Source of the DNA: Callorhinchus milii
Taxonomy: Eukaryota
NCBI RefSeq assembly: GCF_018977255.1
Contig: NW_024704772.1
Location: 1,550,001 to 1,614,000, forward strand
Direction: 5' to 3'
Length of the DNA stretch: 64,000 nucleotides
The translations under genes were made by a program, and so were the position numbers. Numbering within the stretch: position 1 is the first letter of the stretch; each line of letters starts with the position of its first letter. Below the pieces are notes generated by a model. That model did not search any database and was not told where the DNA came from. It was given only the letters and a program-made list of their open reading frames with translations. Below are positions 24,962-36,500 of the stretch, piece by piece.

Positions 24962-25510
24962 GAGTGACCATTTATCTCGGGTTTAATTCTTGCGACTTTC
25001 AAAAAAAAAAGACAGCGATTGGATTGATGTAATGCCCTTCACGTTGGGCAGCGTCTCTGATCGTGTAACACAGCAAAAGCTTCACAAAGGCAGAAAAAGA
25101 AATGAATGAGAGAGTGACCGAGTGAGTGAGCGATTCAGCGACCGAGTGAGTGAGTGACCGAGCAATTGAGCGATTGAGTGAGTGACTGAGTGACTGACTT
25201 ATTCAGTGAGTGAGCGAACGACTAACTAACTGACGATCTAAATGATTGATTGACTGACTAACTAACTGATTGACTGACTGACCGAACAACCGGCCGACAG
25301 ACTATTTGCGCCCCGTCCCCTTCTCTCCCCTTCTTGCCCGAGGCAATAAGCTGGTCAGAGTCCCCCCCATGTTATGCGTTCTCCGAGTGTGACTTCCTGT
25401 TTTACAGCGTTGCAAAACCCCGAGCTCACGGTGCGTGAATAACGAAAGCTTTACCTTCCAATGCTGTGGTTTGCCAACTGCAACATCCGATTCAACTGTT
25501 TCTTCATCAT
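9750..25510 (-). CDS. SH3BP1: SH3 domain-binding protein 1 (N-terminal BAR + RhoGAP + proline-rich tail), 19 coding exons, ~703 aa; one 1-nt frameshift in exon 13 as assembled
   Basis: Exons 25455-25510, 22546-22585, 22035-22139, 21484-21560, 21040-21151, 19792-19868, 18280-18397, 17135-17203, 15578-15668 (GC donor), 15109-15236, 14709-14820, 14207-14288, 13527-13606 (1 nt short), 12996-13109, 12392-12489, 11747-11912, 11151-11311, 10443-10823 and 9750-9793. Peptides [49 protein letters not shown] (arginine finger), [36 protein letters not shown] and DLDFNVSG match SH3BP1 better than ARHGAP17/44. The last four exons are less certain. Confidence 0.9.
9990..10330 (+). mobile_element. tRNA/Deu SINE copy
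   Basis: Head, Deu core and (ATT)n tail similar to 39385-39777. Confidence 0.8.
10900..11128 (+). mobile_element. tRNA/Deu SINE copy, internally deleted
   Basis: Head CCTGTAGTGTAGTGGTTAGAGCAC and tail ...ATCAAATGCAAAGATTATT. Confidence 0.75.
14862..15102 (-). mobile_element. 5'-truncated SINE occupying most of SH3BP1 intron 10
   Basis: Reverse complement of the SINE body and tail. Confidence 0.8.
15825..16135 (-). mobile_element. SINE copy carrying an insertion copied from SH3BP1 exon 10
   Basis: SINE body with extra sequence at 15987-16013 that is identical to 15148-15174. Confidence 0.8.
17260..17990. repeat. C-rich minisatellite (core CCCCAGCCCTCCCCCCGCTCCCCCCA) in SH3BP1 intron 7
   Basis: Tandem, slightly variable ~28-30 bp units. 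Confidence 0.9.
18014..18145. repeat. (CAA/CAG)n trinucleotide microsatellite, intronic
   Basis: Sequence reads caacagcaacaacaacagtagcagcaac... Confidence 0.9.
18445..19727. repeat. Hexamer-based higher-order tandem array (ACACCC/ACACTG/ACCCCG/ACCTCG/ACCCCA) filling SH3BP1 intron 6
   Basis: About 1.28 kb of 6-bp units organised in ~30-bp blocks. Confidence 0.95.
22815..23585 (-). mobile_element. SINE (-) interrupted by an L2 3' fragment (+, ~23100-23481)
   Basis: SINE tail and body at 22815-23090, SINE head at 23482-23585. Between them lies L2-like CTCTGGAACTCT...CTCAAGACCTTTCTCTTTGACCGAGCCTTC...GTGAAAGGCGCT...(GTT)n. Confidence 0.75.
24040..24322 (+). mobile_element. L2 LINE 3' fragment
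   Basis: CCTTCAAAAGCCGACTCAAGACCCTCCTCTTCGACTGTGCC and tail GGGACGTCCTCCTGACGTGAAA. Similar fragments occur at ~4880-5070(-), 14340-14690, 27060-27285(+), 41560-41790(+), 43850-44115(+), 47600-47780(-) and 63540-63900(-). Confidence 0.7.
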
Positions 25511-25807
25511 TTTTGCAAAGGAGGCGACCGCTCTCTCTCTCGCTCTCTCTCTCTCTCACCCTCCCTCGAAAAGAAACATACAAAAACTAAAGAGAACAAT
25601 ATAAAATACTCCCCCTTTCCCTACGAAGCGCACCCCAGCTTCCCACACCTCTGAACTAGACAGTCTGGTCGCGGCCGGTGGATGTGACATTCGCTCTGAA
25701 GTCACGCCTACACTCGTAGGAGGAAGCCAACAGAGTGCATGTCATTCCAACCGGCTTAGCATTTACTCTACAGACGCAGGGCTTTGGAACGCCCACAATT
25801 GGATGAC

Positions 25808-26160
25808 AATAAATAATAATAATAATCCTTGCATTTGACCCGGCGCCGGCGCGACGTCTCAAAGCGCTTCACACGATGCACTGCCAAGTGCAGTGACTGT
25901 GTGTTTTGTGGGCTGAACCCCTCACAACAGGGTCCCGCAAAGAATTGGTTGACCGCATTTGCTTTGGAGGGATTGTTACCCCTGGAAAACGATCCCCCAA
26001 TCGCCCGACAACTGGGTTCCAAGTTACTGCTTGATAAACAGAAGCGTGTGTGGGGGAGTAAGCAAACCTGCCTAAGACTTCGCCCCACCGGCCCGCGAAT
26101 CAAACCCATATCCTGTGGCTTGCGAGGCGAGCTCGCTAACCACCGCCCTACGGGACTCCA
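25808..26160 (-). mobile_element. tRNA/Deu SINE copy upstream of the SH3BP1 start codon
   Basis: Reverse-complement tail, body and tRNA-like head. Confidence 0.75.
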
Positions 26161-27642
26161 CAACAACAACAACTTGTGTTTACGCCGCGCCTTTCATGTG
26201 GGGTAGCACTTCAGATCGAGCCGTTTTTATTTTGGAGGAACTTTCGGTCGGGAAAGCCCTCTCCGCTACAATGTGCAATTCGGGATTTATTTTCCCTTTC
26301 TTCCCCCACCCACCCACCCACCCACCCCACCCACCCTCTCTCTCTCTCTCTCTCTCTCTCGACGACCCTAAAACCACCTGAAACCGAGATCACCGTCGTA
26401 CCTCAAAGCAGGAAGTGGGCCACGAGCATTGAAACGAAAAGTGTGACTGAGCAAAACTCCCACTTGAGTGCAGAAAGCAAAAACGGAATCTGTGCGGTCT
26501 GTGAGTTGATGGGGACATCAGGGTAGCGTGTGTGCGCCGGAGGGGTTTAAGGTTGAGGAGAAGTATTAGCTGTGAGGTTGCAAAGACTCGCAGGTTGCAA
26601 AGACTCGCGGCTGTATTTCTTCGCCCTGTCGGGATGAACGAGGTTGAATCTGATTGAGTAGGTGTTATCTCAGAATTACTGTTTGCATATCTTTTTTTTC
26701 CTTCCGATCAGCTGAGTTAGGGGTTTGCACTCCGTACGCTGCACTTGCTGGACATTGTTAAGCCAATTAAGTTCCTGTTAAGTAAAACGTGACTCACAGC
26801 ACGAGAGAAAGATTACACCGCTTTAATGCAAGCCCAACTTCCTCATTCCATCATCATTTGGTTCCTGTATTGTTCCTGGAACTCTGCTTTGGTTTTCCTC
26901 CCCCTGTACTCTCTCTCTCTCTCACCTGCCCGCTCGGTTGTCACAAGGTACGCTGGAGGAATACGGGAGGTGTTTCCTATTTGGCATTTCTGACTTCATT
27001 TTTGTCGTTTCGTTTTACTTTTCCACCCCATCTCTCGCAAATCCTGCAGACCAGCCCCCATCCCCACTCCCGCTCCATTTTCATACCCCCCCCACCCCCT
27101 GACAATCTCTTTGTCGGTACATCCTTCACACGGGGTGGCTGTCAAGACCTTCCTCTTCGACTGTGCCTTCGGTCATCCTCCAGCCCCTACCCTCCACCCG
27201 CTCTCCGATCCCAAACCGCAGCTCGGGTGCAAACCCTTGACTGTCCGGTACCATGGGATGTCCTCTCGATCCGAAAGTTGTTGTTGGTGTCTCAGAGTGG
27301 CAGAGCCGGGGAGAGGTGGGCGAGAGGCGAGGGTGAGCGCGATCGAAGAGTTGCGATCGACAGACGGACAAGGAGGATGGAGGAACGTAGGAGGCCATTA
27401 AGCCCTCAAATCAGTTCCGACATCCTGTTAGATCAGGCGGCGGTTGGGGGTGGGGAGGGGGCAACCTTTTGGCTGGTGAGGGCCGGATGCCCTATCGGAG
27501 AAACGTTCTCGGGCTGCATCAGCAATATTTTGGCGTTTCCCTTCCAGAAACATAACATGAACATTTAGGGGTTACAGACGGGGCGGTGGGGGAGATGAAA
27601 TGGAAGGGTGTGGGAGGATGAAATCAGTTGGACCAGATTAGA

Positions 27643-28326
27643 TCAACTCCACATAAACCCCCGTCAACTCCACATAAACCCCCGTCAACTCCACATAAAC
27701 CCCCGTCAACTCCACATAAACACCCGCCAACTCCACATAACCCCCCGTCAACTCCACATAAACCCCCGTCAACTCCACATAAACCCCCGCCAACTCCACA
27801 TAAACCCCCGTCAACTCCACATAAACCCCCGTCAACTCCACATAACCCCCCGTCAACTCCACATAAACACCCGTCAACTCCAAATAACCCCCGTCAACTC
27901 CACATAAACCCCCGTCAACTCCACATAAACACCCGTCAACTCCACATAAACCCCCGTCAACTCCACATAAACACCCGTCAACTCCACATAACCCCCGTCA
28001 ACTCCACATAAACCCCCGTCAACTCCACATAAACCCCCGTCAACTCCACATAAACCCCCGCCAACTCCACATAAACCCCCGCCAACTCCACATAAACCCC
28101 CGTCAACTCCACATAAACCCCCGTCAACTCCACATAAACCCCCGTCAACTCCACATAAACCCCCGTCAACTCCACATAACCCCCGTCAACTCCGCATAAA
28201 CACCCGTCAACTCCGCATAAACACCCGTCAACACCACATAAACACCTGTCAACTCCACATAAACACCCGTCAACTCCACATAAACACCCGTCAACTCCAC
28301 ATAAACACCTGTGAACTCCACATAAA
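27643..28326. repeat. 21-bp minisatellite (TCAACTCCACATAAACCCCCG), ~32 copies
   Basis: Direct tandem repeats with few variants, lying between the divergent SH3BP1 and ATP5MF starts. Confidence 0.95.
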
Positions 28327-28434
28327 TGATAATAGATACATTCTGAAAAAAAGTCCCCAAAATATATATATATATAAATATTAAAAGGTGTCAAAATGAC
28401 GTCTCAATGATGGATGAAGAGATGATCTTGCACA

Positions 28435-28870
28435 TAAGCCCCGCCCCCCGCCACCGCACCTGTGATTGGCTCCAGGGGGAAGGGTACCATTCTGTGATTG
28501 GAGAAAAGGGCTGTCAGTCATCAGGTCTTCGCTGAAACGCGCTCTGCGATTGGAGGAGAAGCGGGCTGCGAGTCATCAGGGCCTCGCTGAAACGCGCTCT
28601 GTGATTGGTGCCCTCCCTGCCTGGCAACGCGCCCTTCCCGAAACGAGCTCTGCGATTGGAGGAGAAGCGTGGGTGCCCGTCTTGCTGAAACACGCTCTGT
28701 GATTGGAGGAGAGCCCTGCCAGGCAAGGGGGCCCTTCCCGAAACCCGCTCTGTGATTGGAGGAGAAGCGCCGCTCGTCATCGCGCCGGGCACGTTCCGGG
28801 GTGACGTCAGTGCGCTGGCCGGGCGGGGAGGGCGGTTTGGAGGGCACGCAAGGACGCAAACGGAGGAAAG
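28435..28870 (+). promoter_or_regulatory. ATP5MF promoter: seven inverted CCAAT boxes, CRE, GC box, YY1-like start context
   Basis: ATTGG at 28465, 28497, 28549, 28604, 28655, 28702 and 28755. TGACGTCA at 28802-28809, GGGCGGGG at 28821, and AAGATGGC overlapping the ATG. Confidence 0.75.
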
Positions 28871-31668
28871 ATGGCCGACACACCAGGTCAGTCAGGCGCC
28901 GCGGCGGCTTCTGAGGGAAAAACAGGGACAAACAGGGATAAAAGTCACCGTAACCCCCCGTCCTCCAGTGTAGAGGCTCCCGCCAGGGTCTGCTCCCCCT
29001 CAGTGTCAACCCCCCCCCCCCCTCAGGGTCTCCTTCCCTTCCTGTCAGGGTCTCTACCAACCCCTCTCCCCCCCCCCGGGTCTGTTCCTCTCCCCCCCCC
29101 CCCCCCCCCCAGGGTCTGCTCCTCTCCCCCCCAGGGTCTGTCCCCTCCCCCCAGGGTCTGCTCCTCCCACCCCCAGGGTCTGTCCCCCTCCCCCCAGGGT
29201 CTGCTCCTCCCCCCCTGTCCCCCAGGGTTTGTTCCCCCCCTCCCCCCAGGGTCTGCTTCTCACCCCCCCCCTCACCTCCAGGGTCTGTCCCCCTCCCCCA
29301 GGGTCTGCTCCTCTCCCCCCCCACCCCCAGGGTCTGTCCCCCTCCCCCAGGGTCTGCTTCTCCCCCCCTGTCCCCCAGGGTTTGTTCCCCCCCCTCCCCC
29401 CAGGGTCTGCTTCTCACCCCCCCCTCACCTCCAGGGTCTGTCCCCCTCCCCCAGGGTCTGCTTCTCACCCCCCCTCACCTCCAGGGTCTGTCCCCCTCTC
29501 CCCCCCAGGGTCTGCTCCTCACCCCACCCCCAGGGTCTGTCCCCCTCCCCCAGGGTCTGCTCCTCACCCCACCCCCAGGGTCTGTCCCCCTCCTCACACT
29601 ATTAAGCTCCCCCCCCCCCCACAACCCCGACGGCCTCCCGGAGAGAGAGAGAGAGAGAGAGAGAGACCCTCTCTGTAAATGTAGTAATAATAACAATTAA
29701 ATATTATTAAATAATACTCCTCCTGTTTGACCCGGCGCCTTATCGCGTCCTCGAGACGCCTCCAAGCGCCTGACAGAATATACTGTGAGGCGTAGTGACT
29801 GTGTGTTGCGGGCGAAAGAGGCGGCAGCCGACGTTAAAACGGGCTGCGCTGGTCTTTCTTTCCGGGAACGGACACTGCTGGCGTTTCCACTCGCCCCTTG
29901 GAGCCCTCGAGACTATCTCTCTCTCTCTCTCTCTCTCGCGCTCTCTACCCGTTCCTCCCCGCCGTCGATGCCTGGCCCCCCGCTGTTGACACCACGGGTT
30001 TCCTTGTCTCCCCAGTTCCCGTGACTCAGAAGCGGTTGCTGGATGTGAAGCTGGGGGAGCTGGGCAAGTGGTCGATGGCCCGAGACTTCACTCCGAACGG
30101 GATCCTGCAAGCTATACGCAGAGGTGAGAGTGTGGGGTGGTGGGGCGGGGGGGGTGGTTGTTTCATTTTTTAAAAAAATACGATAAAGTTTGCACAAGTC
30201 GTATCAGTCGCCACCGTAACATTTATAATAATAATAATAATCCTTGCATTTGATATAGCGCTTTTCACGTCGGGAGAGGACGTCCCAAAGCGCTTCACAA
30301 AACACACTGTAAAGTGAATTGACTGTATATTTGTGGGCGAACGCGGCAGCCAATTGCGCACAGCAATGTCCCACAAACAGTCGTAGATTGAAAATGACCA
30401 ATTTATTATTGTTTTTGGTTTTGGAGGGAATATTATCAGGCTCTGTGTGGAGTAAGGAAACTTGCCCAAGAATTGAACCCAGGTGTCTCGCTTGCAAGGC
30501 GAGTGCTCTAACCACTGAGCTACAGGACTCCACAAATACGACAAATCCATTTAATACGACTTATGCAAAGTATGAGTTACAGGCAAACTTGATCAATAGT
30601 CCACACTGCACATACGTATTTCAATGTAGCCGGTAAGTGTGCACGCGGCCAAGGGTCAGAACCTCATTTGCTGCGATTCAGTTACGAGTTAGGCAGATGA
30701 TTTGCGTCTTCGGATTGAGGGTTAAGCATTTGGGAAACCTGAGAAACCGTTACGATTTTGCCGTGTATCCGATTTGCAATAAAAAAATACATAGAAAACA
30801 GGCTATTCAGCCCTTCGAGCCTGTTCCGCCATTTTACAAGATCATTGGCTGATCTATATCTCGTCCAGTTACCCGCCTTTACCCCATATCCCTTGATATG
30901 ATCAGTGCAAAGAAACTGAATGGGACTCTGATACGTGTGCGGTTTAGGCTTACTCCACACAGAGCCTGATAATAATCCCTCCAAAACGTAAGACTTGTGT
31001 GGGTTTTTACTGTGGCGAAGGTTTCATAAGGCAGAGCAGCGTATAAGCGGGTGAGCTGCATATGTTGCTGATGATAATAATACAGTGATAATAACGCAGG
31101 CCGACTGACGCTCCCTCTCTCCCCTATTGTCCAGGCCACGACCGTTACTACAACAAATACATCAACGTGAAGCGAGGAGGGATCGGGGGTGTGGCCATGC
31201 TGCTCGGCGGTTATGTTGTCATCAGCTACATCTGGAGCTTCGAGCACATCAGTGAGTGTCAAGTCAGCCGGGCGGGGGCTAAGCACTACACGGCATGGCA
31301 CAGTCCCACCTGATTGAGCATTGACCTGTGGCTGTTTTTATAGTGTGCGGAGGGAGGGAGGGAGTGTGTGTGTGTTCATGCGTGATCCAAAACCCAACTT
31401 ATTAAGCATATGAATAATAATAAGCATTTGAGATAGCACCGTATCAAGTCGTCGAGCGCTTCACAGATTATATTGTAAAGTGGAGTGACTGTATATTTTC
31501 GTGGAGCGAGCGCTCAACACAAACTTGGGTGGGAGGGAGCGAGACACGCGCTGAGGCAATATTGAAGACCAAATCTCTTTGTGCCTTGTTTTTAATATTA
31601 TTTTTCAAAAGGAGATATAAATATATTTTTCTTCCACAGAGCACGACCGCTGGAGGAAGTACCACTGA
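28871..31668 (+). CDS. ATP5MF: Mitochondrial ATP synthase membrane subunit f, 4 exons, 89 aa
   Basis: Exons 28871-28886, 30016-30123, 31135-31251 and 31640-31668. Translation MADTPVPVTQKRLLDVKLGELGKWSMARDFTPNGILQAIRRGHDRYYNKYINVKRGGIGGVAMLLGGYVVISYIWSFEHIKHDRWRKYH*. ATTAAA poly(A) signal at 31753-31758. Confidence 0.96.
28980..29592. repeat. C-rich minisatellite (core CCCCAGGGTCTG) in ATP5MF intron 1
   Basis: Units of ~20-30 bp alternating GGTCTGTCCCCC and GGTCTGCT(C/T)CTC. Confidence 0.9.
30223..30530 (-). mobile_element. SINE variant subfamily (internal deletion, L2-type tail)
   Basis: Highly similar to 46218-46535. Confidence 0.8.
30790..30930 (-). mobile_element. CR1-like LINE 3'-end fragment
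   Basis: CATAG...GGCTATTCAGCCCTTCGAGCCTGTTCCGCCATT...GATCATTGGCTGATCT. The same motif occurs at ~34395-34460 and 61115-61200 and resembles shark CR1 3' ends (from memory). Confidence 0.55.
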
Positions 31669-31969
31669 GGTGGCAAGACGTTCCAGGTCGTTCCAATCAC
31701 TATTTAAGGAATTGTGAAAGCGCCGCCTGGCTCCAGGGTCGGGATCGTGACAATTAAACTTTGGACCAGTTTTTCCTTGCGTGTGTGTGTGCGTGTGTTT
31801 CTGTGCCACTTTCTTGGGTGGTGGATGGGGTGACGGTGGGGGAAAGAAAAAAAAAAATACAGAGAAAGAGTGTGGGACTGTACACATAACTCCCCCCTGT
31901 GCCCCCTCCCCCATGGTCCACTGTAATCCACTGACCAATGCGTGGTTTGGAGCAGGTCAGAGGAGAAAG

Positions 31970-32912
31970 GTGTCACTTCATATCAGACCATGGAGGTGTC
32001 ACTGCTAACATCAGACTATATAGAGGTACTCTGTTAATATTAGACTATATTGAGGTGCTCACTGTTAATTTCAGACTATATAGAGGTGATCACTTAATAG
32101 ACTATATAGAGGTGCTCACTGTTGATTTTAGACTATATAGAGGTGTTCACTGTTAATATCAGACTATATAGAGGTGCTCACTGTTAATATCAGACTATAT
32201 AGAGGAGCTCACTGTTAATATCAGACTATATAGAGGTGCTCACTGTTAATATCAGACTATATAGAGGTGCTCACTGTTAATATCAGACTATATAGAGGAG
32301 CTCACTGTTAATATCAGACTATATAGAGGTGCTCACTGTTAATATCAGACTATATAGAGGTGTCACTGTTAATATCAAACTACATAGAGGAGCTCACTGT
32401 TAATATCAGACTATATAGAGGTGCTCACTGTTAATATCGGGCTAGATAGAGGAGCTCACTGTTAATATCAGACTATATAGAGGAGCTCACTGTTAATATC
32501 AAACTATATAGAGGTGCTCACTGTTAATATCAGACTATATAGAGGTGCTCACTGTTAATATCGGGCTATATAGAGGAGCTCACTGTTAATATCAGACTAT
32601 ATAGAGGTGACACTGTTAATATCAGACTATATAGAGGTGCTCACTGTTAATATCAGACTATATAGAGGAGCTCACTGTTAATATCAGACTATATAGAGGA
32701 GCTCACTGTTAATATCAGACTATATAGAGGTGCTCACTGTTAATATCAAACTATATAGAGGTGCTCACTGTTAATATCTGAATATGTAGAGGTCTCGGTG
32801 TTTATATCAGACCATATAGAGGTGACCGTGTTAATATCAGACTATAAAGGGGTGTCACTGTTACTATCAGACTATATAGAGGTGTCAGTTAATGTCAGAC
32901 CATATAGAGGTG
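31970..32912. repeat. 31-bp minisatellite (GCTCACTGTTAATATCAGACTATATAGAGG[T/A])
   Basis: Period of 31 confirmed at 32161/32192. Homogeneous core with degenerate flanking copies. Confidence 0.95.
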
Positions 32913-33561
32913 TATATATGGTTGGAACCGTGCATTTAATACGACTTTCGCAAAGTATGAATTATATCAAACTGGCAAAGAATATAAAGTCGTGAACAAG
33001 ACGTGGGCAGGTGGATGATGTAGGTGATTACACCATTTATATGCAGATACAACAACAGCAACTTGCATTTATATTGTGCCCTTCATGGGGGGGGTGGGAG
33101 TAGTGTCCTGAATATAGAAGCGTCACTTAATATCAGACCATATAAAGGCATCAATGCTAACGTCAGATACATAGATACACTGTTAATCCAACATGAAAGG
33201 CGCTATACAAATGTAATTTGATGTTGTTGGGGCATTATCACTGCCCCTTCCTCTGGACTCTGCCGGCAATGGTCTTCTTGTTCGTGCTGTTACTGTGATT
33301 CAGTAATTGCTGTTGATATGACCCGGGTTCCGATTGGTGCTGTTGTAATGCGAGGTGGGGGAGAGAGAGGGAGAAGGAGGGAATGGAGGTTTGGGTATTT
33401 AGGATGATGTGAATTGACTGGACAATCTGCCTGGCCGTCAACATGTGGTCAGCTGACTGTCGATGATATAAGGGGGAGGTGGGGGAGAATGAAATCACGT
33501 GGGGGGTTTTTTTTTTGAAAAAAAAGGCGTCTCTGGCTTTTCTGGAGCAAGGAGTCAAGTC

Positions 33562-36500
33562 ATGAAACTGGTGAGTGCACGATTGAGGGGGTGAACTGAC
33601 TGCCTGAGCGTGTGCGAGTTTGAAGCCTATTTGTGTAGGATTGCGGTGATTGTATTTGTGGGACCAGAGCATTTTCTTTCGCTGTGGTCGGTGTTGAGGT
33701 TGATGCTGTCTCGTGGGGCGACTGACCCCCCCCCCCCCCCACCACACACACACACACACACACACGTGTGTGTCAACTGCTACCAAGCTAACGACAACAA
33801 CAAAATGTGTTTATATTAGCTATATTAGCGGGGCAGTGTCTCGGAGCGCTCAACTGAGCCTCTCTTAATCTCTGGTGGCTTGGACTCTTGTCATGTCGGA
33901 TGGTATGAGGGGGGGGATGTGGGTCAGTGGTAGGTCACTGGATACTAATTCCCCTTAAACTGGTTAGAATGGGTGTCAGCTGGTGGGTTTATTGGAGTCA
34001 TTGCTGTGATAACGAGCGTTTTTTTCAATGCAAGAAAGTTCTGGTCTGTCCAGTGCCTTGGGATATCGTCCTGATGTGCTATTATAACTGTGAATCTGTG
34101 TCATATTATGTATTATCCCTCCGGAAAGAGGGAAGAGCGTTTTAACTGGGGAATGGCCGGGGTAGGGGGGAGATAGAGAGCTATGTTTGCCTCAGATTGG
34201 ATATGCTGTGTTCTTTATCGATCTGTCCCGTGAGTGTCTTAATCTCTCTTGTTTGATGTGACTGTTTATCCCCCTCTCTCTCTCTCTCTCGTAGGTTCTT
34301 GAAATGTTTAATGTGAACATGAAGCCGGGCGACACTCTAAAAATCAAAGGGGTCATTGAGCCTGATGCCGAGAGGTACAGTTGGGGTTTAGACGTCATAG
34401 GGACATAGGAATAGGCCATTCAGCCCATCGAGCCTGTTCCTCCATTCTATTAGATCATAATAATAAGTCCCTCAGACGTGGGGGATTCGAACACACAGCC
34501 CTCTCTCTGACTTAGAAGCGAGAGGCTCTGACGCATCATCTCTTCTCTCGCCAGGTTTGCAGTGAACCTGGGGACAGATCCCTCCCGCTACGCTCTGCAC
34601 TTTAACCCTCGGTTCGATGACGAAGTTGACGGCTGTGTGATCGTCTGTAACAACAAGGAGGAAGGGGAGTGGAGCACGGAGCAGAGGGACGAGGACTTTC
34701 CGTTAAAAAAGGGAGAGAGCTTCAAGGTCAGCTTGGGCGGTGGCTGTGATATCCATTGGCTTCCTATTCCTGTAGTATTGTTAGTAATAATAATAATAAT
34801 CCTTGCATTTGACACAGCGCCTTATCACGTCGTCGAGACGTCTCAAAGCGCTTCACGGGTGAAAGTGAATTGACTGTATTTTGGGGCGAAACGCGGCAGC
34901 GACGTCCCCACAAACAGTCGGTTCGATTTGAGAAAATAAGCCCTCGGACTTGAAAACGTCGCGCTGCAATGCGAAATCACCTTGTGGATTGCGCCTTTCA
35001 GGTCGGGAGGACGTCCCAAGGCGCTGAGATACACCGGGGCTGAATGGGAGGGTGGAGGGGGGGTGGGGGGAAAGGATTAAGTTTGACCAGAAACTAGGAA
35101 GCAAATCATTGCACGTGGAGGGGTGGTGGAACTCGTCCACTGTGAACTCGCTTTACTTTTGTCTCTCTATCAACCCGCTTTAATTCTCCCCCTCCCCAAT
35201 AATACAACGGTCTCTCGTGTTAACCTTTTATTCAATGCAATTTTCTGCTTCTAATCCAACTGAGAGCCGCAGACTCCGGCACTGTCGAGCTCTCCGGGAT
35301 GTTATCCCGCATGAAAGGCGCTGTATAAATGCAAGTTGATGGGGATGCAGTTTTGTTTGTGTGTGCTTTTTCCCTCTCCGTAAAGGTCTCGACTGCGTGG
35401 CTTGTGAGTGCCCCCACCTGGGTGTTGAGTCAAACTGCTTGCCGGTGTTTTATCACTTTCGTTCTTAAAAAAAACCTGGATCCCCCCCCTCCTCACCCCC
35501 CCCCCCCCCACCAAAAAAAAATCCCATGTTAAAACGCCCACTGGGATAGCTGGTGTGAATGTATTTTTGTGGGGGTTCGCACGCCACAGTGACCGGGGTG
35601 GGGGGGCGGGAAACGGGGCACGGAGCAAAGGCTACAGTCACTACACGTCGCAATAAATATCGCGAGGCTTTGAGAGAGGTTTCGACTACTTTTGAGGGTG
35701 CTACATTCTCTCTCTCCCTCTCTCTCTCTTCCTCATTTTGTGTGTCTCTTTGTGTGTCTCTATCTCTTTCCCTGTGTGTGTGTGTCTCTCTCTGTCTCTC
35801 CCTCTCTCTTTATGTGCGTGTGTGTGTCTCTCTCTGTCGCTTCCTCTCTCTTTGCGCGCGCGTGTGTGTGTGTCTCTCTCTCCCTGTCTGAGTGTGTGTG
35901 CGCGCGTGACTCTCTCCCTGTCTCTCTCTACCCCCCAGATGTGACTAATCTGTGTTTTTCTCTCTTTGTTGAGCGTGCAGCTGGAGGCTATTTGCTGTTT
36001 TTTTTTGTGTGTGTGTGGTGTCTGTGCTGGAGCTCGCTGCCTCTGTTGGAGCTCGCCGCTTTAATAATAATGTGGTCGCTCAGTCCACGACTATTTGTGG
36101 GGACGCTGCTGTGCGCAATTGAACGCCGCCTTTCGGCCGCAGAATATACAGTCAATCTGCTTTACAGCGTGTCCTGTGAAGCGCTTTGAGAAGTCTCAAA
36201 CCACGTATAAGCCGCTGTGTCAAATGCAAGGATTAATACTGCTATAATCCGGAATGGTTTTGCAAATGGGACGCTTGTTGGATCTGGATCGAACCCGGAG
36301 TTGACTGCACTGGAGGCTGGTGTTCATGCAGCGATTGAGACTTGCTGCATTGGTCGGACGGGCTGACTGTGCGCTCCAGCGCAGCTTCAAACTCCACTTC
36401 CTTCCTCCCACTCCCCCCCCACACCAAGCAATAACGAACCAACGCTCCTTGGTTGGTTGTCCAGTTATAATCTAGAACCTTCTTCCGCAATGCGAGCCCC

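Noticed and set aside
27643-28326. CRISPR-like appearance of the 21-bp array (also the 31-, 37- and 41-bp arrays)
   Set aside because: The repeats are head-to-tail with no unique spacers or cas genes, in a vertebrate context.
30548-33010. Shared ~40-bp motif CATTTAATACGACTT..GCAAAGTATGA at ~30548 and ~32933
   Set aside because: The two copies are in direct orientation and probably fragments of another repeat; too short to classify as transposon ends.
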